64,000 nt of DNA, from positions 365,521 through 429,520 of the forward strand of contig CAVYBO010000002.1 of assembly GCA_963766885.1 (NCBI GenBank), in the 5' to 3' direction. This DNA is from an uncultured bacterium. GTDB lineage: Bacteria; Patescibacteriota; Minisyncoccia; Phycocordibacterales; CAIRYW01. A model generated the notes under the pieces. It worked only from the letters and a program-made list of their open reading frames with translations. It was not told where the DNA came from and made no database searches. The position numbers were made by a program, and so were the translations under genes. Shown one piece after another: positions 42,251 through 53,016 of the stretch (positions within the stretch are counted from its first letter, which is position 1; every line of letters starts with the position of its first letter).

Positions 42251-43939
42251 TTATTTTATATACTTGTACTTCTGTTGCATCAAAAGAGCCCAAGATCCTA
42301 TTTGATTTATAAGATTTAGATTTTGAGAGATTGACCATCCAGAATAATGACCGTTGTTTGAACAGCTATTTGTAGTTACAGGATTATAATTAAGCCAAGG
42401 CTGGAATATTATACCGTCTGATACTCCGTTGCCTGTGCCCGTGGCGTTACTTGTCGCGTTGTACGGACCGCTTTTATCTCCCCACCAGTTGTTAGAAAGA
42501 TTATATGATGATCCCGGATTTGCAATTGCTCCCATTCCATTAAACTCAATGCTGTTGTTAGATACTGCAAGAGTTGTATTATCGATCGGATATATTCCAA
42601 AAGCACTGTTTGTTATCTGGCTGTACTGCAGATTAATACTATTGTTTGAGTAGCTGCTATCGCCGAAACTAGTAATTCCGCCGAGCGAACAGTTTTCAAT
42701 CGTGATGTTCTTTGCTGTTACCGCCGCTTGATTAAAAGCCACAATTCCGTATCCTCCGGTATTGATTGTTGTCGATTGAATAGTTGTAGAAGCGTTATCA
42801 AATATATTAATACCGCTATTTGAAGAACCGAAATTGCTTATAGTACTGTTTTTTATGTTTAGATTGCTGCTGTTGAAAGCATCAATAGCATCTCCAGAAA
42901 CAGCATTAATTGTGAGCGCGTTTGCATTGAGCGCACTATTGTCCCACACCTGTAACGCAGTGCTTCCATTTACGATGTTTTCTATTTCCGTGTTTGTCAG
43001 ATTAACGCTTGCGTTATTAAATGCCTGAAGAGAAACTCCGTTAAATACAGTATTCTGGTTTGTTCCGTAACCTAAACTCGCCGCGGTAGAAAGCGTACCG
43101 CCGTCGATGGTAATAAAGTTGCCGCCTGAAGATCCTTGGATGGTTACACCTGGATTAATGGTTAATGTTTTTCCAGATGATACTGTTGGATTTGAAAGAA
43201 GAATATAAGGGCCATCTCCGGATGCAAAAGAATAATTAATGCCATAGACATCACCAGTTAAACCAATACCGTTGTTTGTGTTATTAGAAAAACTGTTTGA
43301 GCTATGGGTAAATTGCGTGGAATAGTTGACCATCGCAGGCTGATTGTTGTTTGAGAAGCTGTTGCTATTCAACTGTAAGCTGCCACCGCTTGCAGAAATA
43401 CTAGTGCTGTCATTAGGAAAATTAGAATTGTTCACTGAAAGCGATGCATTTGATGATGATAACGCAGAATTAGCATAGCGCATTTCTACGCCATTGAATG
43501 CGCCGCTTGACTGATTTTCAAAAACAATACCTTTATATGATCCAATATTAGGAGTGCTCGTTGAATTTACTCCATTTGAAGCGAGCGTAGAGTCTTCTAT
43601 GGAAGTAAAGTATGTCTTTGTGCATAGTCCAATATTCAGTATGCTGCAAGTTAGAATATTTAATAAATTATTACTGCTGCCTGCAACAACCGAGCCGTAT
43701 ACATCAATCTCTGTCCCGTCACCAAACTGTACAACCACTCCGGGATTGATAGTGAGTTTCGCATTATTCGCAACTTGAATAGTGTTGGAGATAATATAAG
43801 GGCTTCCATTATTCGTCCAAGCAGTATTGCTTGTAATGTTACTCGAGACAATTGTTGACGCCTGCGAATAAAAAAAGGGAAACATGATAAATGAAACTGC
43901 GAAAATAAATTTTGCTGCTTTTTGATTTTTATATTTCAT
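42251..43939 (-). CDS. Secreted right-handed beta-helix repeat protein
   Basis: Signal peptide, WTNNGSPYII..LTINPGV repeats, NNWWGDKSGP; Asn/Ser-rich. Confidence 0.85.
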   Translation of the reverse strand: MKYKNQKAAKFIFAVSFIMFPFFYSQASTIVSSNITSNTAWTNNGSPYIISNTIQVANNAKLTINPGVVVQFGDGTEIDVYGSVVAGSSNNLLNILTCSILNIGLCTKTYFTSIEDSTLASNGVNSTSTPNIGSYKGIVFENQSSGAFNGVEMRYANSALSSSNASLSVNNSNFPNDSTSISASGGSLQLNSNSFSNNNQPAMVNYSTQFTHSSNSFSNNTNNGIGLTGDVYGINYSFASGDGPYILLSNPTVSSGKTLTINPGVTIQGSSGGNFITIDGGTLSTAASLGYGTNQNTVFNGVSLQAFNNASVNLTNTEIENIVNGSTALQVWDNSALNANALTINAVSGDAIDAFNSSNLNIKNSTISNFGSSNSGINIFDNASTTIQSTTINTGGYGIVAFNQAAVTAKNITIENCSLGGITSFGDSSYSNNSINLQYSQITNSAFGIYPIDNTTLAVSNNSIEFNGMGAIANPGSSYNLSNNWWGDKSGPYNATSNATGTGNGVSDGIIFQPWLNYNPVTTNSCSNNGHYSGWSISQNLNLINQIGSWALLMQQKYKYIK

Positions 43940-43992
43940 ATAAAGTAATTATACACTCCTAATTTTTGGGCGCAAAACTACAATAACAAACA

Positions 43993-44024
43993 AAAAATCC
44001 AACTTAAAATAAGTTGGATTTTTT
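43993..44024. terminator. Hairpin terminator
   Basis: AAAAAATCCAACTT-AAAAT-AAGTTGGATTTTTT. Confidence 0.75.
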
Positions 44025-44228
44025 CGATCTCTCACAAGGCAACAGCGCCGGCGAGATCGGAACGCCGGCGGTGTTGCATTACGAGCTATCGAGGGTCGCC
44101 TTGAAAACCAAGATAATTCGCCTGCCCTTAGATACGGTACCTATTTTAATCTTGGTGCACAATTTCAGTAGAATCTAGTATTACGATTTCAATTTCTTCA
44201 ATTGCGTATGTCTATTCTATAATGAAGC

Positions 44229-45635
44229 ATGCTTCTTGAGCAAGCCAAAAAAATAGTGTTTGAAAAAAGGCCAGCTTTTGGCCAAATTTACACAAAATAC
44301 AAGGACAAAAAGTGGGTTGAGTATATCAAACAAAACCACATACGAAACTCACAATTAAAAAATGAGCCTGAATTTAGGGCTATTTTTAATAAAATAGTTT
44401 CAGATTTGCTTGGTAAAGATAAGGCGGATAGAGCTTGGAACAGCCTTAAAAAAACAGGGTTTGCCTCTACTGCAGACCACCACGGACTGCTTTGCCATCC
44501 CTTTTTTTCAAATATGGCAATCGCCAGATCAAGTCCGCTTGTTTCAGACAAAGCCGATTTTCAAATCACCTTTAGTGTCGGCGGGGTTTCTCCTACCAAT
44601 TCTTCATTCCCACGCTCCGTATTTTTTCATAACAAAAATCTAGAATTGGAAAAAATACATTTAATATCACTCGCACACAGACAAAGACCGCTTTATGGAA
44701 TTCCGGCGATATCTAAAAATGATTTGGTAAAGATAAAAGATCATATTTTCTTGGAAAATATTTCCAAATCCGGCAAAACAAGATTTATAAATTTTATAGA
44801 AAAATCATTGTGTGACAAAAATATATGGAAGCAGAAAAGATTTTGCGAACAGCTAACAATTATAAACAATATTTGGTGGCAGGAAATTTTTGGACAGGAA
44901 CGTGGAGAGCTTTTGTATCTTGAAGCGGAAGAAATTATAAAAAGTGTTTTGATCGAACATATAAGCAAAAAAGAAATTCTTTCGGAAATATTTTTTGATA
45001 AAGAGAGAAGAGACTTGTATATTCAAAATTTTGAGAATATTTCAGGAGCGCATAATTCCAATGACAAAACAGGTTCAGTACTTTTTTGGCTAATTGACCA
45101 AAAAAAAAACAAAAGAAAGGTATTATTTTTAAATGGAGAGCTCTTGGAAACTTTGGATGGAGAAAAAATAGAGCTTTCGCCAGAAAAAATTTTGGAAGGA
45201 TTAGAAAATTATTCATTGATGCCAAGCATGGCGCTTTGTTATTCTATACTCGCCTTCTACTATGGAATTACACTTGGCGGAGGATTCTCCCAAATCCAAT
45301 ATTTGGCAGAGATGAAAAAATCCTGGAATAAGGTGTTTCCTGAGTTTCAGAATAATACAGAAAATGTGCGGACGGATGTTTTTTCTGGCGAAGTTGTAAT
45401 TGCCGGCAGCTTTTCAAATGAAGAAAGCAGACCCGCAACATTGGCTGATTTTTTGGTCCACACAAAAAATGCCGAGGAAGCAAATCTGCTCGCCGAAAAA
45501 GCCTTAGACAAAACTACAATCGGAGAAAGCATTGATGCTATGATGTATGAACTTTTGGAAATTATCTCCGGAGAATACGTAGAAATTGATAATCTGCCAA
45601 AAGCTCACAAAACCTTAAATGTCTCTCAAAATTAA
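44229..45635 (+). CDS. Hypothetical protein
   Basis: 468-aa ORF (STADHHG, LGGGFSQIQY) overlapping the ATP-grasp gene. Confidence 0.75.
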   Translation: MLLEQAKKIVFEKRPAFGQIYTKYKDKKWVEYIKQNHIRNSQLKNEPEFRAIFNKIVSDLLGKDKADRAWNSLKKTGFASTADHHGLLCHPFFSNMAIARSSPLVSDKADFQITFSVGGVSPTNSSFPRSVFFHNKNLELEKIHLISLAHRQRPLYGIPAISKNDLVKIKDHIFLENISKSGKTRFINFIEKSLCDKNIWKQKRFCEQLTIINNIWWQEIFGQERGELLYLEAEEIIKSVLIEHISKKEILSEIFFDKERRDLYIQNFENISGAHNSNDKTGSVLFWLIDQKKNKRKVLFLNGELLETLDGEKIELSPEKILEGLENYSLMPSMALCYSILAFYYGITLGGGFSQIQYLAEMKKSWNKVFPEFQNNTENVRTDVFSGEVVIAGSFSNEESRPATLADFLVHTKNAEEANLLAEKALDKTTIGESIDAMMYELLEIISGEYVEIDNLPKAHKTLNVSQN

Positions 45636-46815
45636 AACTGAAAATCTAGATAAAAAAAAGTGTCTTTATTGCGGCAATAATCCCGTCAATCATGATTATG
45701 TTTTTTGGGCGCAGACTATGGATGTGTTCTTTTCTCCGATTACAAACTTTACTGCTTTTCTTCAAAACGCCCTGACGTTCAAGATCGCCAAAACAATAGC
45801 CACCCCTTACGTATTTTTATTTAATACCGTCGGAATGCTCAAATTTAATAAAGATCGGACAAAAGCAAACACTGAAAGATCCCAGGTCATCTGGAAAGAA
45901 GCAGATGCGCGAGGCATACGGATGGAGCAATTTGTTATTTTAGGCAAGAGTGTTGAGCAATACAGGGCAAAAATAAATAACGAATGGTTTTATTTTGAAA
46001 GCCTGCCTATCCCTCCGCAAATGCATTCTAAAAGTTATGCTTGGATGGATGACAAAGGTGTTTTAAAAAAGAAACTGCTCAAGGCTGGAATCTCTACGCC
46101 AAAAGGCGGACGGGTCACAAATTTCAAAGATACTCTGAAAATTTTTGAGGAAATCCGAAAACCAGTAATCGTCAAACCTGTTGTCGGCTCGCGCGGCAGG
46201 CACACTACGACTTTTATTTACACTATCGATGATTTGAAGTACGGATTTTTTGTGGCCAAAGAACTTTGTTACTTTGTTGTTGTTGAAGAGCATTTGCTCG
46301 GCAGTGTCTATCGCGGCACGTATGTGGGAGGAGAAATCGTCGGAATCCTTCGCGGCGATCCGCCAAGAATTACCGGCGATGGCAAAAAAAATATCGCGGA
46401 ACTTATTGAAGAAAAAAATAAAAACAAACACGAAAAAGTTAAAGATGTTTTAATAGACAAAAAAACTGAAGCGTTTTTAAAAAGGCAAAACCTAAATCTT
46501 GATTCTGTTTTGCCTCAAGGAAAGACTATTGATCTCTCGGAAAAAATCGGGCTTTCTTATGGAGGCAACGCTGTGGAAATGATAAACAAAACTCATCCAA
46601 AAATTCTTGAGGAACTAAAGCGCGCCGGAGATCTGCTTGGCGCGCCCATTGTAGGCTTTGATTTTATTGTTGATGACCCAACCACAGACCCAACTGGTAA
46701 GCATTGGGGAATAATTGAAGCCAATTCCCTGCCGTTTATAAACCTGCATCATTTTCCTCTTGAAGGAGAGCCTCAAAACGTAGCTGGCAAAGTATGGGAT
46801 TTGTGGAAGAAATAA
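45619..46815 (+). CDS. ATP-grasp ligase, cyanophycin synthetase/GshAB-like domain
   Basis: DDK, PVIVKP, ITGDG..IAELI, GFDFI, IIEANSLP. Confidence 0.82.
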   Translation: MSLKIKTENLDKKKCLYCGNNPVNHDYVFWAQTMDVFFSPITNFTAFLQNALTFKIAKTIATPYVFLFNTVGMLKFNKDRTKANTERSQVIWKEADARGIRMEQFVILGKSVEQYRAKINNEWFYFESLPIPPQMHSKSYAWMDDKGVLKKKLLKAGISTPKGGRVTNFKDTLKIFEEIRKPVIVKPVVGSRGRHTTTFIYTIDDLKYGFFVAKELCYFVVVEEHLLGSVYRGTYVGGEIVGILRGDPPRITGDGKKNIAELIEEKNKNKHEKVKDVLIDKKTEAFLKRQNLNLDSVLPQGKTIDLSEKIGLSYGGNAVEMINKTHPKILEELKRAGDLLGAPIVGFDFIVDDPTTDPTGKHWGIIEANSLPFINLHHFPLEGEPQNVAGKVWDLWKK

Positions 46816-46826
46816 AATATAGAAAA

Positions 46827-47156
46827 TTAATACGCCCTTGAGTGCAGATTCCATTTTATGGTACGCGCCAAGTCAAACATCACAGAAACTAAAACTGCAA
46901 CAAAAACCAACAGAGCGATTTGAACCACAAAGCGAGTATGGATAAAAGCCACAGAAATGTAATTTGCGTAATAAACAGGATCTCTAAAAGTAGAAAACAT
47001 ATTTTCAAAAACATTTTTTATTGAAACGAGTAAAGTGATTGCGGCAAAGCTGAAGATAAGCACAAAAACTTTAATTCCTGTCGGGCTCAAAACCTCCTGC
47101 ACAAAATGAAGTATTTTCACCCGAAACATTATTTTGTTTTTCATTTCTTCATTCAT
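46827..47156 (-). CDS. Small membrane protein, possible anti-sigma
   Basis: Two TM helices directly after an ECF sigma gene. Confidence 0.6.
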   Translation of the reverse strand: MNEEMKNKIMFRVKILHFVQEVLSPTGIKVFVLIFSFAAITLLVSIKNVFENMFSTFRDPVYYANYISVAFIHTRFVVQIALLVFVAVLVSVMFDLARTIKWNLHSRAY

Positions 47157-47161
47157 AATTT

Positions 47162-47749
47162 TTATTCTAAATTGCCTTCAGAAGCAATTACGCTTCTAAG
47201 CATTGTTTTGGCGCGATGAATCCGCACTCGCACAGCACCTTCGGAAATTCCCTCTTTTTTTGCAATTTCTTTGTGTGATATTCCAAACAGAAAATGCCTC
47301 TCCAATACATTCCTAAACTTTATTGGCAATTTTGAAAGACGAACCAAAAACTCCTCCATTACATAATGCTTTTCTATTTCCTCTTCGCCTTTATGGTCGC
47401 GGAGCACGGACTCCATTTCTTCAGAAATCAGCATCGTGTTCGCTCTGCGTTTTTTGTTTTTCTGATAAAGAGTAAAGCAGTGATTAATCAAAATTTTGTA
47501 CGCCCATGATGAAAAGCTGGCGCCTTCCTGCCTTTTGAATCTTTTGGCAGCCACATAAATTTTGACAAACGCGTCCTGAACAGCGTCTATGGCATCATCA
47601 GAATTTCTCAAGACCGAAACGGCCTTTCTCAAAAACTGCATCTCGTAGCGATCAATTAGCAAAGCAAAGACATCCGGCTCACTTTGAGAGAGCAAAAGCA
47701 GCTCTTCGTCTTTTAGATTATTCAGAGTTGATTCGTCCAACATATTCAT
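47162..47749 (-). CDS. ECF sigma-70 factor
   Basis: DAVQDAFVKIY, FSSWAYKI, EIAKKEGISEGAVRVRIHRAK. Confidence 0.92.
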   Translation of the reverse strand: MNMLDESTLNNLKDEELLLLSQSEPDVFALLIDRYEMQFLRKAVSVLRNSDDAIDAVQDAFVKIYVAAKRFKRQEGASFSSWAYKILINHCFTLYQKNKKRRANTMLISEEMESVLRDHKGEEEIEKHYVMEEFLVRLSKLPIKFRNVLERHFLFGISHKEIAKKEGISEGAVRVRIHRAKTMLRSVIASEGNLE

Positions 47750-47809
47750 CGTTTCATATTATAACTCCAAAAAAGATAAGTTGTTACAAAAATAAGGAGT
47801 ACTGACTCC

Positions 47810-48751
47810 TTAGCGAATTATTTTTGCAAGCCTAGCATACGCATTTGCGCGGAATAGATTATGTTCCCTTCTGGATGAAAACAATTTCTTGTCCCATCCA
47901 AAATAAAGATCTTCAAAGTAATCTATTAAAAATCTTCCCGCAAGCTCGTAGGTTATCAGAGAAGTTGCTTTAATGGCAGTATCCCTAGATATAACATTTT
48001 CAGCTCGGAGGTTGTATGCCGAAAGAGCAATATCGAACTTCTTGGAATCAAAACCGTAATCTGCTGTTTTTGACCAACTTCGTAATGCGTCGCCCAAATC
48101 GGTTAAAACATTTCCTAACATCACCGTATCCAGATCTATGATTGCTATGACAAGTCCATTTTGATTAAACAAGAAGTTGTTCCACTTTGGATCTCCGTGT
48201 ATAAGTTGGAGATTAAATGATCCAAGATCAATTCCCATTATTCCTACAGATATTGTTTTACCCAGTCCAGCTATATTCGTTTCGCGAACATAATCATCGA
48301 CTTTATTTGCAACAAAAAAGGCATCATGGAAATGATCCGTAACGATGGCCTTTGGAACAAATTTATGTGATGCCAAAGCTTTGTGGAACTCAGCAAGAAA
48401 TCCCGCTGCACTCTCTAAGCTCGCTTTTGACTGTCTTGCTTCCAAATTTGGAATATAATAAATCATTCTCCATCTTTGGTCGGTGTCCAAAAAAGAAAGT
48501 TCATCATCTTCGGTACGCTTGATGGATGGCACGAGTAAGCCTTTTGCATTGCAAACTTTAGATACTTCTACCCATGTTTCTAAAACTGCTGGATTAATGC
48601 TTGCATTCATACTTTGCAAGATGAATAGCGGCCGATGATTTTTTAGAATCAGATAAGTTGAGTTCACTATTCCACCCGAAATCGGTTTGATCTCATAGAG
48701 TCCGCTAGTGATGCCGAAAGCTTTTAGTACGTTTGAAAGGTTCTTATTCAT
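47810..48751 (-). CDS. APH-family phosphotransferase (sugar kinase-like)
   Basis: GIVNSTY, IHGDPKWNNFLF, IDLDTV, DLGDALRS. Confidence 0.85.
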   Translation of the reverse strand: MNKNLSNVLKAFGITSGLYEIKPISGGIVNSTYLILKNHRPLFILQSMNASINPAVLETWVEVSKVCNAKGLLVPSIKRTEDDELSFLDTDQRWRMIYYIPNLEARQSKASLESAAGFLAEFHKALASHKFVPKAIVTDHFHDAFFVANKVDDYVRETNIAGLGKTISVGIMGIDLGSFNLQLIHGDPKWNNFLFNQNGLVIAIIDLDTVMLGNVLTDLGDALRSWSKTADYGFDSKKFDIALSAYNLRAENVISRDTAIKATSLITYELAGRFLIDYFEDLYFGWDKKLFSSRREHNLFRANAYARLAKIIR

Positions 48752-48828
48752 TTCTACTTATATAACCAAAAGAAGTCGAAAATATTACAAAGATTTTACT
48801 TATTAAAAATATCGTTTATAATATTTTC

Positions 48829-49227
48829 ATGTCTAAAGAAAAAAAATACCTAATCGGCGGAGGGGTAGCAGTTCTTATAATTGTCGTTGGATTATTTTTT
48901 CTTCAAAACGCCAGCCAACCAGGACCAAGCAAACTAGACAGCTTTGCAAAGTGTATTGCAAATAGCGGTGCCAAATTCTACGGCGCATTCTGGTGTCCTC
49001 ATTGTGCCGCTCAAAAAAGCGAGTTCGGCAGCGCGGTGCAGTATCTACCTTATATTGAATGTTCAAACCCTGACGGCCTCTCGCAGGATAAAACCTGCAA
49101 CGCTGTTGGAATCCAATCCTATCCAACATGGGTCATTAAAGGCGCTACCACAACTGGTGTGCAAACTTTAGATCAGCTCTCAGAAGAAACCGGCTGTCAA
49201 CTTCCTTCAACGGCAGCTCAGCAATAA
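48829..49227 (+). CDS. Membrane-anchored thioredoxin-fold protein
   Basis: FYGAFWCPHC, YIEC, SYPTW. Confidence 0.85.
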   Translation: MSKEKKYLIGGGVAVLIIVVGLFFLQNASQPGPSKLDSFAKCIANSGAKFYGAFWCPHCAAQKSEFGSAVQYLPYIECSNPDGLSQDKTCNAVGIQSYPTWVIKGATTTGVQTLDQLSEETGCQLPSTAAQQ

Positions 49228-49270
49228 TATTATTTGACAGCCGTTTCTTTTGCCTGTATTTTGATTTTGT

Positions 49271-49693
49271 ATGTACAATTTACCTGTTATTTTACAATAT
49301 CTGTGGGCGTTGTTTTGGTCCAAGTTTCTGGGTCCTTATCAAACTGACGAAGAAAAAATTCAGACGACTCTACGCGAGCTTCTTCTTGAGCTGGTCAGAC
49401 TGAAGGAAATTGATATTGGCGATGCTTCCCCTGAAGGAGACTCAATAGCCAAGGAACATTTCAAACATTTGGTGGAACTGCAACTCCAAAGCCACAGAAC
49501 GTGCCACCTTTTGTGCGAGAAGCTTTACAAGCTTCTCGACGAAGAGGTGATTCCCACAACTGGCGGTTGCAGGCTAGATACGTGGCTTCTGTGCCACTTC
49601 AAAGAAAACCCCGAGGATTTACCCACCCAGAGAATGGTGAAAGTAGCCAAAGACCATTGGCAACCAGAATTTCATCATGCTGCCACCGTTTAA
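49271..49693 (+). CDS. Hypothetical protein
   Basis: 140-aa ORF with TTGACA upstream. Confidence 0.55.
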   Translation: MYNLPVILQYLWALFWSKFLGPYQTDEEKIQTTLRELLLELVRLKEIDIGDASPEGDSIAKEHFKHLVELQLQSHRTCHLLCEKLYKLLDEEVIPTTGGCRLDTWLLCHFKENPEDLPTQRMVKVAKDHWQPEFHHAATV

Positions 49694-49731
49694 TTACAGG
49701 TGGCAATTTTTTTATCTGTTAAAATATCCTG

Positions 49732-51999
49732 ATGGGACAAGATTTAATTTCTTTTTTTAAAAAACTAACAGACAACCAAAAGCAAGCGCTTCAAAAAATG
49801 CGGCTCAAAACTTTGCGCGATTTGCTCTATCACTTCCCCACAAGATACGGCGGCACAGAAAAAGCAGTATTGATTTCTGCACTTCAACCAAAAATGCAAG
49901 CCACGATTTTTGGCAAAATTTCTAAAATAAAAATCAAAAAAACTTTCCGCACTCGGATTCCAATGACTGAAGCGACAATTTCTGATGATACAGATTCTGT
50001 CAAGGCTGTTTGGTTTAATCAGACATACATCGGCAGAATGTTTCAGGAAGAGAGCTTGGTGAGAATCGAAGGAATTGTTTCCGAAAATAAATCAGGTTTG
50101 TTTTTCTCCAATCCGCATATAGAAAAAGTTTCCAAAATTCCAGAAATTGTTGGGGATTCGCTTTTTGGCGAAGACGGCGAAGAGCACTCGTTGTATCCAG
50201 TCTATCAGGAATCCAAAGGCATAACCTCAAACTGGATTTATCACGCGTTAAATAAAATTTTTGCTTCAGAATTTTTTCAAAAAATTGAAGATCCACTTCC
50301 TCAAGAAATACTTCAGAAATACAGCCTGCCTTCCCTCAAAACAGCGCTTGTTTGGATACACACACCAAAAAAATCAGACGATGCGCTGGCAGCCAGAAAA
50401 CGTTTTGCTTTTGAAGAAGTTTTTTTTATCCAGCTACAAAATGAGATAGAAAGGAAGAAACAGAAAAAAGAAAAGTCGTTTGTTATTGATACCAAAGCAA
50501 TCGAACCTGAAATAAAAGATTTTGTCCAAAGGTTTCCCTTTTCTTTGACGCTGGCGCAAGAAAAAACCACTGCAGAAATTTTGAAAGATTTATCAAAGCC
50601 ATATCCGATGTCTCGCCTGCTTGAAGGCGACGTTGGCAGCGGCAAAACAGCTGTGGCAGCTACTACGGCGTTTGCAATCGTCGAAGGAGGTAAACCGACG
50701 GTGTCACAGGCGACTTCGCCAACGGCGAACGAAGACTGTGATCCGGAGGTTATCAAGCCTCAGAGTTACGCGCTTCGTTTTGCTCCGCAAAAGTCGCGCG
50801 TAACGTCTTCGGCTTTCACCGGTCCGCTTCAAGTCGCATACATGGCACCCACAGAAATTTTGGCAAAGCAGCACTTTGAATCCTTTATAAAGCTTTTCAG
50901 GCACCTGCCGATTTCAATCGGACTTATCACAGGCTCAGGTTGCAGAAAATTCCCATCCAAAGTCTCACCAAACGGCTGGACAAATATTTCTCGCAATCAA
51001 TTCCTCAAATGGGTTTCAAACGGTGAGATTTCAATTATCATAGGCACCCACGCTTTGATTCAAGAATCTGTAAAATTCAGAAACCTGGCTCTTGCAATCA
51101 TAGACGAACAGCATCGCTTTGGCACCCGAAGCCGCCAAAAAATCACCAAAAAAGATCCTCGGATTCCCCACCTGCTTTCAATGACTGCCACTCCGATTCC
51201 CCGCACGCTTGCTTTGACGATTTACGGAGACCTAGATTTGTCGCTACTTGATGAACTGCCTGAAGGCAGGCAAAAAACCAAAACAGAAATTGTCTTGCCA
51301 AATGAGCGGGAAAAAGTTTACGAAAAAATAAAATCAGAAATAAATTCCGGCAGACAGGCTTATGTCATTTGTCCCAAAATCAACGCTCCGGAACTAGGGC
51401 AAGAAAACATCATCAATTCAAAATCAGTCAAAGAAGAAGCCAAAAGATTAAAGAAATTTATTTTTCCGGAATTTGAAATCGGCACAATGCACGGCAAAAT
51501 GACTCCAACCGAAAAAGATAAAACTATGGAGAAATTTGAAGCGGGCAAAATTGATATTTTAGTTGCCACGTCTGTAGTGGAAGTCGGAGTAAATGTGCCA
51601 AACGCCACAATGATAATTATTGAGGGCGCGGAGCGTTTTGGACTGGCGCAGCTTCACCAGCTGCGGGGACGCGTGCAAAGAAGCGAGAAAGAATCTTTTT
51701 GTTTTGTGTTTACCGAAAGTGAAAGTGAAAAGACACTTCAGCGTCTAAAAGCATTAGAGACAGCAAGAAACGGATTTGAACTTTCCGAACTTGATCTCAA
51801 ACTCCGCGGTGCAGGAGAACTCTCTGGCGGCAAACAATGGGGACTCTCCGACTTGGCGATGGAAGCGATAAAAAATATCAAAATGGTGGAAGCAGCCCGC
51901 TTGGAGGCCAAAGAAATTGTTGCCAAAAACAGCAATCTCAAAAACTATCCTTTTCTTGCAAAAGTGATAGAAAACAAAAAAGAAGTGCATTTTGAATAG
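49732..51999 (+). CDS. recG: ATP-dependent DNA helicase RecG
   Basis: Wedge domain, GDVGSGKT, DEQHRFG, MTATPIPRT, QLHQLRGRV. Confidence 0.96.
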   Translation: MGQDLISFFKKLTDNQKQALQKMRLKTLRDLLYHFPTRYGGTEKAVLISALQPKMQATIFGKISKIKIKKTFRTRIPMTEATISDDTDSVKAVWFNQTYIGRMFQEESLVRIEGIVSENKSGLFFSNPHIEKVSKIPEIVGDSLFGEDGEEHSLYPVYQESKGITSNWIYHALNKIFASEFFQKIEDPLPQEILQKYSLPSLKTALVWIHTPKKSDDALAARKRFAFEEVFFIQLQNEIERKKQKKEKSFVIDTKAIEPEIKDFVQRFPFSLTLAQEKTTAEILKDLSKPYPMSRLLEGDVGSGKTAVAATTAFAIVEGGKPTVSQATSPTANEDCDPEVIKPQSYALRFAPQKSRVTSSAFTGPLQVAYMAPTEILAKQHFESFIKLFRHLPISIGLITGSGCRKFPSKVSPNGWTNISRNQFLKWVSNGEISIIIGTHALIQESVKFRNLALAIIDEQHRFGTRSRQKITKKDPRIPHLLSMTATPIPRTLALTIYGDLDLSLLDELPEGRQKTKTEIVLPNEREKVYEKIKSEINSGRQAYVICPKINAPELGQENIINSKSVKEEAKRLKKFIFPEFEIGTMHGKMTPTEKDKTMEKFEAGKIDILVATSVVEVGVNVPNATMIIIEGAERFGLAQLHQLRGRVQRSEKESFCFVFTESESEKTLQRLKALETARNGFELSELDLKLRGAGELSGGKQWGLSDLAMEAIKNIKMVEAARLEAKEIVAKNSNLKNYPFLAKVIENKKEVHFE

Positions 52000-52043
52000 A
52001 TTTTTATTGTTCAAAAAAGTGTGCTATCTTACTTATTCTTGCA

Positions 52044-52889
52044 ATGAAAATATTAAGAAAAATATTTAAAATTTTAGTCTATATATTCGCCGCTTTGGGC
52101 TTTATTTTTGTGGCTGTTTATTTTGCAGTTAAGTTTCATCTCACAGACACCTCTGGAATTATAGACAATCAATTTATTCAAGGAGTTGGTTACGTGCTTC
52201 CTGGAAATACCGAAGCAAATTATTCTACAACCACTCCGCCTTGGGTAAATGATCCTGAATATCAAGCGCTCAAAGTTTCCATCTCCAAAGATGCAAATAT
52301 TATAACTGGCGTATCGGCAATCACTGGCGTGCCAGCGCGCCTTATTGTTATGCCACTTTTTGTAGAGCAAATGAGGCTTTATTATTCCGAACGCGAAACG
52401 TTCAAACAATTTTTCCAACCTTTGAACATTCTTGGCGCCCAATCTCAATTTTCTTGGGGAATTATGGGTTTCAAAGAAATGACAGCGGAAGAAATAGAAA
52501 ACGATCTCAAAAATCCTACTTCTCCAGACTATCTTGGTGTTCAATATGCGCATCTGCTTGATTTTGATTCTACAGATCCAATTAACATTAGTATTGACCG
52601 CTTCCAGCGTCTAACCAGCAGCACCGATCATTATTACAGCTATCTTTATGCTGCTTTGTATATAAAAGAAATAGAAACCCAGTGGAAAGCTGCTGGATTT
52701 GATATTTCAAAGAGACCAGAAATTATAGCAACGCTCTACAACATCGGCTTTGATCATTCCAAACCAAACGCCAATCCGCAAGTCGGCGGCGCAGAAATTG
52801 ATATTGATGCATTCAAATACAGCTTCGGCGGCCTCGGCGGCCAATTCTACTATTCAAACGAGCTTACGAATCTGTTTCCGAAAACTTAA
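52044..52889 (+). CDS. Membrane-anchored hypothetical protein (possible lysozyme-like fold)
   Basis: N-terminal TM; VEQMR, SWGIMGFK, IATLYNIG. Confidence 0.65.
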   Translation: MKILRKIFKILVYIFAALGFIFVAVYFAVKFHLTDTSGIIDNQFIQGVGYVLPGNTEANYSTTTPPWVNDPEYQALKVSISKDANIITGVSAITGVPARLIVMPLFVEQMRLYYSERETFKQFFQPLNILGAQSQFSWGIMGFKEMTAEEIENDLKNPTSPDYLGVQYAHLLDFDSTDPINISIDRFQRLTSSTDHYYSYLYAALYIKEIETQWKAAGFDISKRPEIIATLYNIGFDHSKPNANPQVGGAEIDIDAFKYSFGGLGGQFYYSNELTNLFPKT

Positions 52890-53016
52890 ACCAGAATAGC
52901 CTTATAAAATAAGCTCTTTTTCATATTTGACATTTCCCCTAAAAGTGATATAATATTACTCGAACGGTGGGGAATGACTCTTCACCAAAAAACCAAGATC
53001 TTTGAGGAACAAACCT

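Noticed and set aside
45619-46815. Full cyanophycin synthetase
   Set aside because: Only the ATP-grasp part is present; no Mur-ligase domain or cyanophycinase nearby
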